DNA of 64,000 nt from Strigamia acuminata. Its lineage: Eukaryota. Location: NCBI GenBank assembly GCA_949358305.1, contig OX442314.1, positions 7,812,001-7,876,000 of the forward strand. Reading direction: 5' to 3'. The notes beneath the pieces are model-generated. The model did not search any database. It was not told the origin of the DNA and saw only the letters and a list, made by a program, of their open reading frames with translations. The translations under genes were made by a program, and so were the position numbers. Below, in pieces: positions 12,101 to 24,856 of this stretch. Every line of letters starts with the position of its first letter. The first letter of the stretch is position 1.

Positions 12101-15100
12101 TTTTGTTTTGATTTGTTTCTGTTTTGTTTTGATTTGTTTTTGTTTTGTTTTGATTTGTTTTTGTTTTGTTTTGATTTGTTTCTGTTTTGTTTTGATTTGT
12201 TTTTGTTTTGTTTTGATTTGTTTTTGTTTTGTTTTGATTTGTTTTTGTTTTGTTTTGATTTGTTTCTGTTTTGTTTTGATTTGTTTTTGTTTTGTTTTGA
12301 TTTGTTTTTGTTTTGTTTTGGTTTTATTTTGAGTTTGTTTTGAATTTTCGATTTAATTTTGATTTCTTCGATTTTGTTTCGATGTTATTTTGATTTTGTT
12401 TTAATTTTTTTGTTTTGATTCTTATTATTTCCGTTATTTGCACTCAAACGTGAACGCGTTCAAGTTCACGTTTGTCACCACGTGAACGTGTTCGCGTTCA
12501 AGTTCACGTTTGTCACCACGTGAACGTGTTCGCGTTCAAGTTCACGTTTGTCACCACGTGAACGTGTTCGCGTTCAAGTTCACGTTTGTCACCACGTGAA
12601 CGTGTTCGCGTTCACTTTCACTGCAATTTTTTTCAAGGAGAACTTAGTTCAACTTTACGTTCACTTTTCGAATTTTTCTTAAAAAATTGACATGTTTTTT
12701 GTTCCATTTTGTGCATTGCGTCATCAAAACGTTAAAAATTATGATTTTTTCAACGAAAAGTACTCCCTCTGTCCCAAATTATGGTATACATTTCTACTAT
12801 TATTTTTGTCCCAAATTATGGTATACATTTCAAGTTTTATTTGATTTTTATCATTATAAAAATGCAAAATTAATATAAATAAGTTAAATTATAAATAAAT
12901 TAAGTAAACAATAAATAATGTAGAGTAAATAATAACAATAAAAAATAAAGAGTAAACAATAACAATAAATAATACTCCATAACAATAACTTGTAATGATT
13001 GCTCTGAATTTGTGAATTTTGTAATTGTTGCCATTCTTTGCTATCATCCCTGACTCCATACAACATTGCAATGTCAAAAATACATTGTTATGTTTATCTT
13101 TTGGCAGGAATATGTCCTTCATTGTATTGTTTTTTAACTTCTCGCCGAATTCGTGAAACAGTTAGTGGAGTAATTTCAATTTGCCTGCAAATTTCATTAA
13201 TGGTGCCTTATTCCTAACAATGCTTTGTTTTAGCTGGAGCTGTTGTATACAATTTAGCTGATTATCAGTTAATTTATTCTGTTTTGTCATTTTTCTTTGG
13301 AAACAGCCATTTTTCGAATTTGTTTTCACTTTACTTTAAGCACAACAGGTGTCACTTAATTTTGAGTGCATTTTGAGAAGATGCAACTCAGCAATAACGG
13401 AATAATAAAACTAATTACCCATAATGCAATCCATTGGTTAGCAAACACACTTAATTTTGAAGGATATTCAGTTAAAATATCTTAGAAATATACAAAACCA
13501 ACGATAATCAAGAAATTTTTAGAGAAATGTATACCATAATTTGGGACAGAGAGAGTAACATTTTTGCGACGTTCACCATTAAAAGTGAACAAAGTTCTCA
13601 TTTTTCGTTCACTTTAAGAAATGAACGCATTCACAAACGACGTTTTATTTATTTATTTATTTATTTATTTATTAATTTATTTATTTATTTATTTATTTAG
13701 GATCGATCTGGTGCAGTCGCAAATCCGAGTGGCAGAGGGCGTAACATTGCCGGAGTTGGGCATGACTCAGGACAAAATCAAAGTGTCCGGTTGTGCGATT
13801 CAGTGCCGAGTGACGACGGAGGACCCGGCAAGGGGTTTTCAACCCGACACGGGCAGAATTGAGGTTGGTCGATGGAGTTTTTCGGTTTTGGCCTTTTAAT
13901 TGATTTGTTTGTATTTTTGTTTTAGGTTTTTCGGAGCGGAGAGGGAATGGGAATTCGATTGGATTCAGCTTCGGCGTTTGCAGGCGCGATAATTTCGCCG
14001 TATTATGATTCGTTGTTGTGCAAAGTGATTGCGCACAGTAAGGATTTGCACTCGTCTGCGGCGAAAATGAATAGAGCTTTGCGAGAGTTTCGTGTCAGAG
14101 GCGTCAAAGTATGGATGGAGTGTATTTGAATCGGTGGCAGTGGCGATTAGGGTCGTCGTATTAGGGATATTCAACATTTTGGTGTATTTGTGAGGGATTT
14201 TGAAAGATTGGTTAAATTTGTAGATATTTAGTAGGATTTTCTTGATTTTGGTGAAGATTTACAGGAATTTGTCAGTTGGAATGAAAAATAATGGAAAATT
14301 TCTCAAATTTTGATAAAAATTCCTTAAAATTTCTCAAATTTTGATAAAAATTCCTTAAAATTTCTCAAATTTTGATGAAAATTCTTTAAAATTTCTCAAT
14401 TTTTGATGAAAATTGCTTAAAATTTTTCTAATTTTGGTAAAAATTCCTTAAAATTTTTCAAATTTTGATTAAAATTCTTTCAAATTTCTCAAATTTTGAT
14501 GAGAATTCTTTCAAATTTCTCTAATTTTGATGAGAATTCCTTAAAATTTTGATGAAAATTCTTTAAAATTTCTGAAATTTTGATAAAAATTCCTTAAAAT
14601 TTCTTAATTTATGTAGTATGTAATTTCATTGAAATTTTATTGAAATTTTACTAAATTTCATTAAATTTCATTGAAATTTTACTAAATTTCATCAAATTTC
14701 ATTGAAATATTACTAAATTTCATCAAATTTTACTAAATTTTATCAAATTTTATTGAAATTTTATTGAAATTTTACGAAATTTCATCAAATTTCATTGAAT
14801 CCCTACAAAATTCCATCAAATTTCAATTCATTCTAATTCATTGAAATTTCCATTGAAAATACCAAAACCTTAATTTTCTTCAACAACCAAACAAATCGTA
14901 TCCCACACCTTAATCGCCACCGCCGTCAAAAACCGCAACAAAACAATAACAACAATTTCTCTCTTTCTTTCTCCAAACCCAGACAAACGTTCCGTTTCTC
15001 CTCAACGTCCTCGAGAACCAAAAATTCCTCAACGGCACCATCGACACCAACTTCATCGACGAGAACCCCCAACTCTTCCACTTCGAACCCTCGCAAAACC

Positions 15101-18100
15101 GCGCTCAAAAACTCCTCAACTACCTCGGCAACGTGATGGTCAACGGCCCCCTCACCCCGCTCGCCACGAGCCTCAAACCGGCCGACCTGACCCCCCACGT
15201 GCCGCCAACCCCCGCCGGCCTGGAGCCCCCGAAGGGACTGCGACAAATCTACAAGGAAAAGGGCCCCAAAGCGTTCGCGCAGGCCGTGCGCAAACACAAC
15301 GGTCTCTTGTTGATGGACACGACGTTCCGGGACGCGCACCAGTCGCTGTTGGCCACGAGGGTGCGCACGCACGATTTGCTCAACATTTCGCCGTTCGTGG
15401 CGCACAATTTCAACAATTTGTACAGTTTGGAGAATTGGGGGGGAGCGACGTTCGATGTGGCCATGAGATTTCTGCACGAGTGTCCGTGGGAGAGGCTCGA
15501 GTCGATGAGGAAGTTGATTCCGAATATTCCGTTTCAAATGCTGTTGAGAGGAGCGAATGCGGTGGGATACACGAGTTATCCCGATAACGTTGTTTACAAG
15601 TAAAAATACTTCCCTTTTTTTATGTTTGTTTTGGTTTTTTCTGAGAGGGTTTTGAGTTTTTGTTTGAATTTTGTGTGTTTTTCGAATTTTTTTTGTCAAA
15701 TTTTTGGATTTTTGGAATTTTTGGTTTGGTTTTTAAATTTTTATAATTTTTGTTTGAAATTTTCGACATTTTCAAAATTTTTTTATCAAATTTTTTAATT
15801 TTTCCAATTTTTCTTTTAAATTTTGGAATTTTTACAATTTCTGTTTGAAATTTTACAATTTCTGTTTGAAATTTTACAATTTCTGTTTGAAATTTTCGAA
15901 ATTTTCATATTTTTTATCAAATTTTTGATTTTTTTGAAATGTTTTTGACTTTATTGGTTGAAATTTTGGAATTTTTCGAAATGTTTTTGACTTTTTAGGT
16001 TGAAATTTTCTAATTTTTCCAATTATTTCTAATTTTTCTCAATATTTCCAATTTTTTCTCAATATTTCCAATTTTTTCTCAATATTTCCAATTTTTTCTC
16101 AATATTTCCAATTTTTTTTACAAATTTTTCAAAGATTCTAATTTTTTTCCAATTTCCTCAATTGACATTTCATCTTTTTCAAAAAAAAATTCCAGATTCT
16201 GCGACTTGGCCGTCCAAGCCGGAATGGACGTCTTCCGCGTGTTCGACTCCCTCAACTACCTCCCAAACATTATCCTCGGCATGGAAGCCGCCGGAAAAGC
16301 CGGCGGAATCGTCGAAGCCGCCATCTCCTACACCGGCGACGTCTCAGACCCAAAACGAACCAAATACGACCTCAAATACTACACCGATCTCGCCGACCAA
16401 CTCGTCAAAGCCGGAACTCACGTCCTCGCGATCAAAGTACCAAAAATCCCACCCAAACCAAACAAATTAAATCAAATCAAATCAAATCAATTTCTGCTTA
16501 TTCCAGGACATGGCCGGCCTGCTCAAACCCCGAGCCGCCACTCTACTGGTATCCGCGTTGCGCGCACGTCACCCCGACGTCCCGATCCACATCCACACGC
16601 ACGACACCGCGGGAGCCGGCGTGGCGTCCATGTTGGCGTGCGCGAGCGCCGGAGCGGACGTGGTGGACGTGGCCGTCGACTCGATGTCGGGCATCACGTC
16701 GCAGCCGAGCATGGGCGCTCTGGTGGCGTGTTTGCGGGGCTCGGAGTTGGACACGGAGTTTGATTTGCGCCGAGTCAGCGAGTATTCGGCGTATTGGGAG
16801 CAGGCGCGCACGTTGTACGGGCCGTTCGAGTGCGCGGTGGCGATGAAGAGCGGGAATGCGGACGTTTACGAGAATGAGATTCCGGGCGGGCAGTACACGA
16901 ATCTGCAGTTCCAGGCCTTTAGTTTGGGCTTGGGGGATAAGTTTGAGGAGGTGAAGAAGGCGTACGTGCAGGCGAACATGTTGCTGGGAGATATCATTAA
17001 GGTGTGTTTTCGTGTTTGATTGGAAGTTTTGAGTTTTGGTCAGGTGGAGTTTGTTGGGATTTTTGTTTTGGTTGTTTTTTGGGTTTTTTAATTTTGTCGA
17101 GAAATTGGAAATTTTGTCGAAGAATTCAAGTTTTTGTTACAAAATTTCAGAATTTTTCGAATAATTCGGTATTTTACTCGCAAAATTCAGGATTTTATGA
17201 CAAAAATTCGGGATTTTATGGCAAAAATTCGGGATTCTAAAAATTCAGGATTTTATTACAAAAATTCGGGATTTTATGACAAAAATTCGGGATTTTATGA
17301 CAAAAATTCGGGATTTTATGACAAAAATTCGGGATTTTATGACAAAAATTCGGGATTTTACGACAAAAATTCGGGATTTTACGAAAAAAATTTGGGATTT
17401 TACGACAAAAATTTGGGATTTTACGACAAAAATTCGGGATTTTACGACAAAAATTCGGGATTTTACGACAAAAATTCGGGGTTCCAAAAATTCAAGATTT
17501 TATTACAAAAATTCGGGATTTTATTACAAAAATTCGGGATTTTATTACAAAAATTCGGGATTTTGACAAAAATTCGGGATTTTATGACAAAAATTCGGGA
17601 TTTTATGACAAAAATTCGGGATTTTATGACAAAAATTCGGGATTTTATGACAAAAATTCGGGATTTTATGACAAAAATTCGGGATTTTATGACAAAAATT
17701 CGGGATTTTATGACAAAAATTCGGGATTTTATGACAAAAATTCGGGATTTTATGACAAAAATTCGGGATTTTATGACAAAAATTCGGGATTTTATGACAA
17801 AAATTCGGGATTTTATGACAAAAATTCGGGATTTTATGACAAAAATTCGGGATTTTATGACAAAAATTCGGGATTTTATGACAAAAATTCGGGATTTTAT
17901 GACAAAAATTCGGGATATTACGACAAAAATTCGGGATTTTACGACAAAAATTCGGGATTTTACGACAAAAATTCGGGATTTTACGACAAAAATTCGGGAT
18001 TTTACGACAAAAATTCGGGATTTTACGACAAAAATTCGGGATTTTACGACAAAAATTCGGGATTTTACGACAAAAATTCGGGATTTTACGACAAAAATTC

Positions 18101-21100
18101 GGGATTTTACGACAAAAATTCGGGATTTTACGACAAATTCGGGATTTTACGACAAAAATTCGGGATTTTACGACAAAAATTCGGGATTTTACGACAAAAA
18201 TTCGGGATTTTACGACAAAAATTCGGGATTCTAAAAATTCAGGATTTTATTACAAAAATTCGGGATTTTATTACAAAAATTCGGGATTTTACGACAAAAA
18301 ATCGGGATTTTACGACAAAAATTCGGGATTTTACGACAAAAATACGGGATTTTACGACAAAAATTCGGGATTTTACGACAAAAATTCGGGATTTTACGAA
18401 AAAAATTTGGGATTTTACGACAAAAATTCGGGATTTTACGACAAAAATTCGGGATTTTACGACAAAAATTCGGGATTTTACGACAAAAATTCGGGATTTT
18501 ACGACAAAAATTCGGGATTTTATGACAAAAATTCGGGATTTTATGACAAAAATTCGGGATTTTATGACAAAACTTCGGGATTTTATGACAAAAATTCGGA
18601 TTTTATGACAAAAATTCGGGATATTACGACAAAAATTCGGGATTTTACGACAAAAATTCGGGATTTTACGACAAAAATTCGGGATTTTACGACAAAAATT
18701 CGGGATTTTACGACAAAAATTCGGGATTTTACGACAAAAATTCGGGATTTTACGACAAAAATTCGGGATTTTACGACAAAAATTCGGGATTTTACGACAA
18801 AAATTCGGGATTTTACGACAAAAATTCGGGATTTTACGACAAAAATTCGGGATTTTACGACAAAAATTCGGGATTTTACGACAAAAATTCGGGATTTTAC
18901 GACAAAAATACGGGATTTTACGACAAAAATTCGGGATTTTACGACAAAAATTCGGGATTTTACGACAAATTCGGGATTTTACGACAAAAATTCGGGATTT
19001 TACGACAAAAATTCGGGATTTTACGACAAAAATTCGGGATTTTACGACAAAAATTCGGGATTCTAAAAATTCAGGATTTTATTACAAAAATTCGGGATTT
19101 TATTACAAAAATTCGGGATTTTACGACAAAAATTCGGGATTTTACGACAAAAATACGGGATTTTACGACAAAAATTCGGGATTTTACGACAAAAATTCGG
19201 GATTTTACGAAAAAAATTCGGGATTTTACGACAAAAATTCGGGATTTTACGACAAAAATTCGGGATTTTACGACAAAAATTCGGGATTTTACGACAAAAA
19301 TTCGGGATTTTACGACAAAAATTCGGGATTTTACGACAAAAATTCGGGATTTTACGACAAAAATTCGGGGTTCCAAAAATTCAAGATTTTATTACAAAAA
19401 TTCGGGATTTTATTACAAAAATTCGGGATTTTGACAAAAATTCGGGATTTTATGACAAAAATTCGGGATTTTATGACAAAAATTCGGGATTTTATGACAA
19501 AAATTCGGGATTTTATGACAAAAATTCGGGATTTTATGACAAAAATTCGGGATTTTATGACAAAAATTCGGGATTTTATGACAAAAATTCGGGATTTTAT
19601 GACAAAAATTCGGGATTTTATGACAAAAATTCGGGATTTTACGACAAAAATTCGGGATTTTACGACAAAAATTCGGGATTTTATGACAAAAATTCGGATT
19701 TTATGACAAAAATTCGGGATATTACGACAAAAATTCGGGATTTTACGACAAAAATTCGGGATTTTACGACAAAAATTCGGGATTTTACGACAAAAATTCG
19801 GGATTTTACGACAAAAATTCGGGATTTTACGACAAAAATTCGGGATTTTACGACAAAAATTCGGGATTTTACGACAAAAATTCGGGATTTTACGACAAAA
19901 ATTCGGGATTTTACGACAAAAATACGGGATTTTACGACAAAAATTCGGGATTTTACGACAAAAATTCGGGATTTTACGACAAATTCGGGATTTTACGACA
20001 AAAATTCGGGATTTTACGACAAAAATTCGGGATTTTACGACAAAAATTCGGGATTTTACGACAAAAATTCGGGATTCTAAAAATTCAGGATTTTATTACA
20101 AAAATTCGGGATTTTATTACAAAAATTCGGGATTTTACGACAAAAAATCGGGATTTTACGACAAAAATTCGGGATTTTACGACAAAAATACGGGATTTTA
20201 CGACAAAAATTCGGGATTTTACGACAAAAATTCGGGATTTTACGAAAAAAATTTGGGATTTTACGACAAAAATTCGGGATTTTACGACAAAAATTCGGGA
20301 TTTTACGACAAAAATTCGGGATTTTACGACAAAAATTCGGGATTTTACGACAAAAATTCGGGATTTTACGACAAAAATTTGGGATTTTACGACAAAAATT
20401 CGGGGTTCCAAAAATTCAAGATTTTATTACAAAAATTCGGGATTTTATTACAAAAATTCGGGATTTTGACAAAAATTCGGGATTTTATGACAAAAATTCG
20501 GGATTTTATGACAAAAATTCGGGATTTTATGACAAAAATTCGGGATTTTATGACAAAAATTCGGGATTTTATGACAAAAATTCGGGATTTTATGACAAAA
20601 ATTCGGGATTTTATGACAAAAATTCGGGATTTTATGACAAAAATTCGGGATTTTATGACAAAAATTCGGATTTTATGACAAAAATTCGGGATATTACGAC
20701 AAAAATTCGGGATTTTACGACAAAAATTCGGGATTTTACGACAAAAATTCGGGATTTTACGACAAAAATTCGGGATTTTATGACAAAACTAGAAATTTCC
20801 ATCGCAAAACTCAAGATTTTCGTCTTACAACTCGAGATTTCCACTGCAAAACTTGAACCATTCCCTCCAAAGTGCCATTTTTCTCTCTCCAGGTGACACC
20901 ATCCTCCAAAGTAGTCGGCGACCTGGCTCAATTCATGGTGCAGAACAACCTCTCCCCAGAACAACTCCTCGAAAAAGCCGAAGAATTAAGTTTCCCGAAA
21001 TCAGTGGTGGAATTCATGCAAGGATACATCGGAGAACCCTACAAAGGATACCCACAACCCCTCAGGCAAAACGTAACGACCAAACGCAACCAAATACAAC

Positions 21101-23887
21101 CAAATCAATCAATCAATTAATCAATCAATTAATTAATTTCTCCAGGTATTGAAATCCATGAAACCGATTTCCGGCCGACCGGGCGAGTCGTTGCCGCCGT
21201 TCGACTTCGACCAGCTCAACCAAGAGCTGCTGGAACGCTTTCCACGCGCGTCGCAGTACGACGTGATGAGCGCGGCTCTCTACCCGCAAGTCACGCAGGA
21301 ATTCATGGACTTCCGCCATGAATATGGTCCGGTGGACAAATTGGACACGCGGATATTCTTCGTGGGTCCGCGCGTCGCCGACGAGTTCGAGGTTTCGATC
21401 GAAAAGGGGAAAACTTTACACATCAAAACGTTGGCGGTGGCTGATGAGATCAACAAGAATGGAGAGCGTGAAGTTTTCTTCGAATTAAACGGCCAGTTGC
21501 GCTCCATGTTCATCCGGGACAAAACTGCAGTCAAGGTGAATAAGCTAAAGCTGAACTGGAATTTGACACAAATATCGGAGAAAATTCGATCAAAATTGAA
21601 CAAATTTCGGGAAAAAATTCGATCAAAATTCAACAAGTTGAACATATTCGGAAAGTATTCAACAAATTCGGAAAAATTCGACAAATTCGAAAACCAAAAC
21701 CGGTTTTCCTGCTTAGTTCACTTCAAATTCAACATAAATACAACAAATATTCGAAAATTGAGCATAAATTCAATCAAAATTCAACAAAACTTAAAAAATT
21801 GAACAAACAACAATAATTAAAAGTTTAACATATAACTACAACAAAAATTGAACAAATACAACAGAAATTGAACAAATACAACAAAAATTGAACAAATACA
21901 ACAAAAAATTAACAAATACAACAAAAATTGAACAAATACAACAAAAATTGAACAAATGCAACAAAAATTGAATAAATACAACAAAAATTGAACAAATACA
22001 ACAAAAATTGAACAAATGTAACAAAGATTCAACAAATACAACAAATACAACAAAAAATCAACAAATACAACAAAAAGTCAACAAATACAACAAAAATTGA
22101 ACAAATACAACAAAAGTTGAACAAATGCAACAAAGATTCAACAAATACAACAAAAATTGAACAAATACAACAAAAATTGAATAAATACAACAAAAATTGA
22201 ATAAATACAACAAAAATTGAATAAATACAACAAAAATTGAATAAATACAACAAAAATTGAACAAATACAACAAAAATTGAATAAATACAACAAAAATTGA
22301 ATAAATACAACAAAAATTGAATAAATACAACAAAAATTGAATAAATACAACAAAAATTGAATAAATACAATAAAAATTGAACAGATGCAACAAAAATTGA
22401 ACAAAATCCATTTGTGTATTTTCAGGAAATGCGCATCCACCCGAAGGCAGAAAAGGGCAAGAAGGGTTCAGTGGGTGCACCGATGCCCGGCACTGTCATC
22501 GACATCAGAGTCAAAGAAGGGGACAAGGTACAAACGATTGGCTCCCAAAATGTCTAATCCCTAAATGTCTAAGCGGAAATGACTAATCCGAAATGCTTAA
22601 TGCAGCGTTTCCCAAACGATTTAACAATCAAACTAACTAATAGACATGATGCCCTCCCCCTAGAATAGTGCACTTGTCTTGTCGTCTAGAAGAGTCTATT
22701 CTATCCAGTGCTGGACTGGCCTGGCGGGCTACCGGGAGTTTCCTGGTGGCCCGTAGCAGCTGTGGCCCTGTCCCGACTTCATTAATTGTGGCCCGGACAC
22801 CCAGATTTCCCGGCAATAAATTTGTTCCCAGTCCAGCCCTGATTTTATCTAGACAATACACAACTGCCAAATTCAAATCCATTTCGTTTGTGTGCTCAAT
22901 TCTATTATGGATAAATGGCTGATAAGCCTTCATGCTCATAAAACTATATGTAAAGTTGTATAAAATTGTATGCAATATTGTATAAAATTGTATGCAATAT
23001 TGTATAAAATTGTATGCAATATTGTATAAAATTGTATGCAATATTGTATAAAATTGTATGCAATATTGTATAAAATTGTATGCAATATTGTATAAAATTG
23101 TATGCAATATTGTATAAAATTGTATGCAATATTGTATAAAATTGTATGCAATATTGTATAAAATTGTATGCAATATTGTATAAAATTGTATGCAATATTG
23201 TATAAAATTGTATGCAATATTGTATAAAATTGTATGCAATATTGTATAAAATTGTATGCAATATTGTATAAAATTGTATGCAATATTGTATAAAATTGTA
23301 TGCAATATTGTATAAAATTGTATGCAATATTGTATAAAATTGTATGCAATATTGTATAAAATTGTATGCAATATTACATAAAAAAATTTTTTTTTTAGTA
23401 CCAGATCGCCTTGCTTAAAAGTGGGGCGCGATGCTAAAAAGTTTGGGAACCCCTGCTTAATGGACAAAATGTCTAATCCAAAATGTCTAATCTGAAACGT
23501 CTAATGGACAAAATGTCTAATGTCTAATGTCCGAATGTTTAATGGTTAGTTTAGGTTAGGTTCTTAGAAAAAAATTATTAGACATTTTGGCATTAGACAT
23601 TGTTTGATTGTGGCATTAGAAATTTTGTCCATTAAACGTTTCGGTTTAGACATTTAAGTGTTAGACATTTTGTCATCAGACATTCCGGGGTGGATTCGGT
23701 ACTAATTTTCTCATCCAACATCTAAAATCCTTTTTCGCAGGTTGAAAAGGGCGCACCGATGGTCGTCCTCAGCGCCATGAAAATGGAAATGGTGGTCCAA
23801 GCGCCCATGAGCGGAACCATCAAGAAAATCCACATCACCAAAGACATGAAACTCGAAGGAGACGACTTAGTTCTCGAATTGGAATGA
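9104..23887 (+). CDS. PC: Pyruvate carboxylase, mitochondrial (~1175 aa); exons 9104-9227, 9453-9637, 10718-10883, 10955-11218, 11283-11553, 13701-13863, 13926-14108, 14983-15599, 16196-16436, 16507-17001, 20893-21072, 21146-21535, 22426-22527, 23741-23887
   Basis: Biotin carboxylase motifs ([44 protein letters not shown]), carboxyltransferase motifs ([32 protein letters not shown]) and biotinyl AMKM. All introns GT-AG; 3528 nt in frame. Confidence 0.98.
9925..10615. repeat. Intronic tandem repeats of ~30, ~31 and ~41 bp
   Basis: TTTGATGTTTTTATTATATTTTTCATCAAT, ATTAATTTTGGCACTTTTATAGTTTATTTTT and AAACAATTTTGACACTTTTTGATGCTTTTATAATTTTTAAA arrays. Confidence 0.9.
11575..11959. mobile_element. 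MITE (385 bp), possibly PIF/Harbinger-type
   Basis: TIRs AGGTGCGTTCGATATAAAATG ... CATTTTATATTGAACGCGCCT (2 mismatches), flanked by AAT on both sides. An alternative boundary would give a TA TSD. Confidence 0.7.
12100..12325. repeat. 21-bp T-rich satellite (TTTTGTTTTGATTTGTTTYTG)
   Basis: About 10 tandem copies. Confidence 0.9.
12448..12615. repeat. 38-bp tandem repeat (GAACGTGTTCGCGTTCAAGTTCACGTTTGTCACCACGT), probably part of a non-autonomous element
   Basis: About 4 copies; related GTTCAC/GTGAAC motifs continue to ~13640. Confidence 0.8.
12763..13555. mobile_element. Tc1/mariner-type (Stowaway-like) MITE, 793 bp
   Basis: 32-bp TIR CTCCCTCTGTCCCAAATTATGGTATACATTTC (1 mismatch), TA TSD at 12761-62 and 13556-57, internal partial TIR copy near 12807. 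Confidence 0.9.
17185..20790. repeat. 3.6-kb 21-bp satellite (ACGACAAAAATTCGGGATTTT) in PC intron 10 with ~1-kb higher-order structure
   Basis: About 170 units; variant units recur at ~0.8-1.0 kb spacing. Confidence 0.97.
21838..22405. repeat. 20-bp satellite (ACAAAAATTGAAYAAATACA)
   Basis: About 28 copies in PC intron 12. Confidence 0.95.
22603..23455. mobile_element. hAT-like non-autonomous element nested in the foldback element
   Basis: TIR CAGCGTTTCCCAAAC / GTTTGGGAACCCCTG (13/15). CTTAATG duplicated on both flanks (7 bp; hAT normally 8). Confidence 0.7.
22956..23375. repeat. 22-bp satellite (TTGTATAAAATTGTATGCAATA)
   Basis: About 19 near-perfect copies inside the hAT-like element. Confidence 0.95.
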
Positions 23888-24264
23888 ACAACCAACTAAT
23901 CAATATCCCTTCATTTATTTTCTAATTAATTTCAATTTTTGAGTGCTTTATCAAACTGCCAATCGGACGAATCGTGTGCAAAACAAATCAGCGAATTCCA
24001 TGATTCCAGTTCTCTATTATATCGTTTAATCGTTCTGACAAATGTGTATATATATATATATAAGATTTATCAAGTTGTATCGTTTTCTTCCTTGCAAAAA
24101 TCGTGCCTGCGTAATTCAAAGTGTCTTCCAAACGTTTTATTTCTCTGTAGTTTCTAGAATTTGATAAAAATCAAAGAAAATTTATAATTCGAAAAATAAT
24201 TTTCGTTTTTTAATTTTTATTTCCATAATTACAATCACATTTACACCAAAACGTCGTTTTAAAG

Positions 24265-24500
24265 TCAAACATGTCGTTTTACGACTATTCCGCTGAATTC
24301 GGGTGTTTCGACGCTTTGGTCGAGGATTGTGGTGTTGTAGGCCGAGTCGTCGGTTGGTTTGTTTTCGTGTTCGTCTTCGTCGAGATCTGATGTGTCCAGT
24401 TTGAGGAATAATTCCAAAATGGAGTCGAGTTTGACGAGGTGTTTTTCGTGGTGTCGGGAAAGTTTGCGCCGAATTTTCTTGGTGTACCGGTATTCGTTTT
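24265..24500 (-). pseudogene. Orphan TAF1A-like last exon with ~824-bp internal deletion (module A1)
   Basis: Matches both ends of 27274-26214 with the middle missing. Frameshifts to ..GIVVKRHV*; no upstream exons. Confidence 0.85.
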
Positions 24501-24532
24501 CTGGAAATAGTATGGTTTTTAAATGTTTTCGT

Positions 24533-24702
24533 TTGTGCAAAAATGAAATTTTTTGTGCAAAAATGAAATTTTTTGTGCAAAAATGAAATTTTTTGTGCAA
24601 AAATGAAATTTTTTGTGCAAAAATGAAATTTTTTGTGCAAAAATAAAATTTTTTGTGCAAAAATGAAATTTTTTTGTGCAAAAATGAAATTTTTTGTGCA
24701 AA
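24533..24702. repeat. 20-bp satellite (TGTGCAAAAATGAAATTTTT); also at 43321-43530 and 50927-51136
   Basis: About 8 copies in A1 and about 10 in A2/A3. Confidence 0.95.
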
Positions 24703-24703
24703 A

Positions 24704-24856
24704 GTAGGGGGTTTGTGGCAGTCCTGGACCAGGTGGTTGGTGGTCAGGTGGGGTGGGGGTAGCGAGGGGTAAGTGGGGGAGGAGATAAGGGGAGGGGGAG
24801 ATAAGGGGTGGGGGAGATAAGGGGAGGGGGAGATAAGAGGAGGGATATGTGGGGGA
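24704..24856 (+). other. G-rich tract with 16-bp GGGGWGGGGGAGATAA repeats, G-quadruplex potential; also ~43532-43684 and ~51138-51290
   Basis: More than 10 runs of 4-5 G with short spacers. Confidence 0.8.

Larger units (their letters stand above)
22535..23698. mobile_element. Foldback-like non-autonomous insertion in the last PC intron
   Basis: AAATGTCTAA repeats on the left, TTAGACATTT on the right, imperfect terminal IR. Absent from the 53-bp paralogous intron at 25644-25696. Confidence 0.7.

Noticed and set aside
12448..12615. 38-bp repeats resembling a CRISPR array
   Set aside because: Head-to-tail with no unique spacers, no cas genes, eukaryotic intron.
17134..20678. Long repetitive ORFs (TKIRDF.., NSGFYDK..) and similar ones at 4243-5025, 12048-12343 and 21817-23467
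   Set aside because: Translations of intronic satellites inside well-supported introns.
9104..23887. Non-canonical introns or recoding in PC
   Set aside because: All 13 introns resolve as GT-AG with a continuous frame under the standard code.
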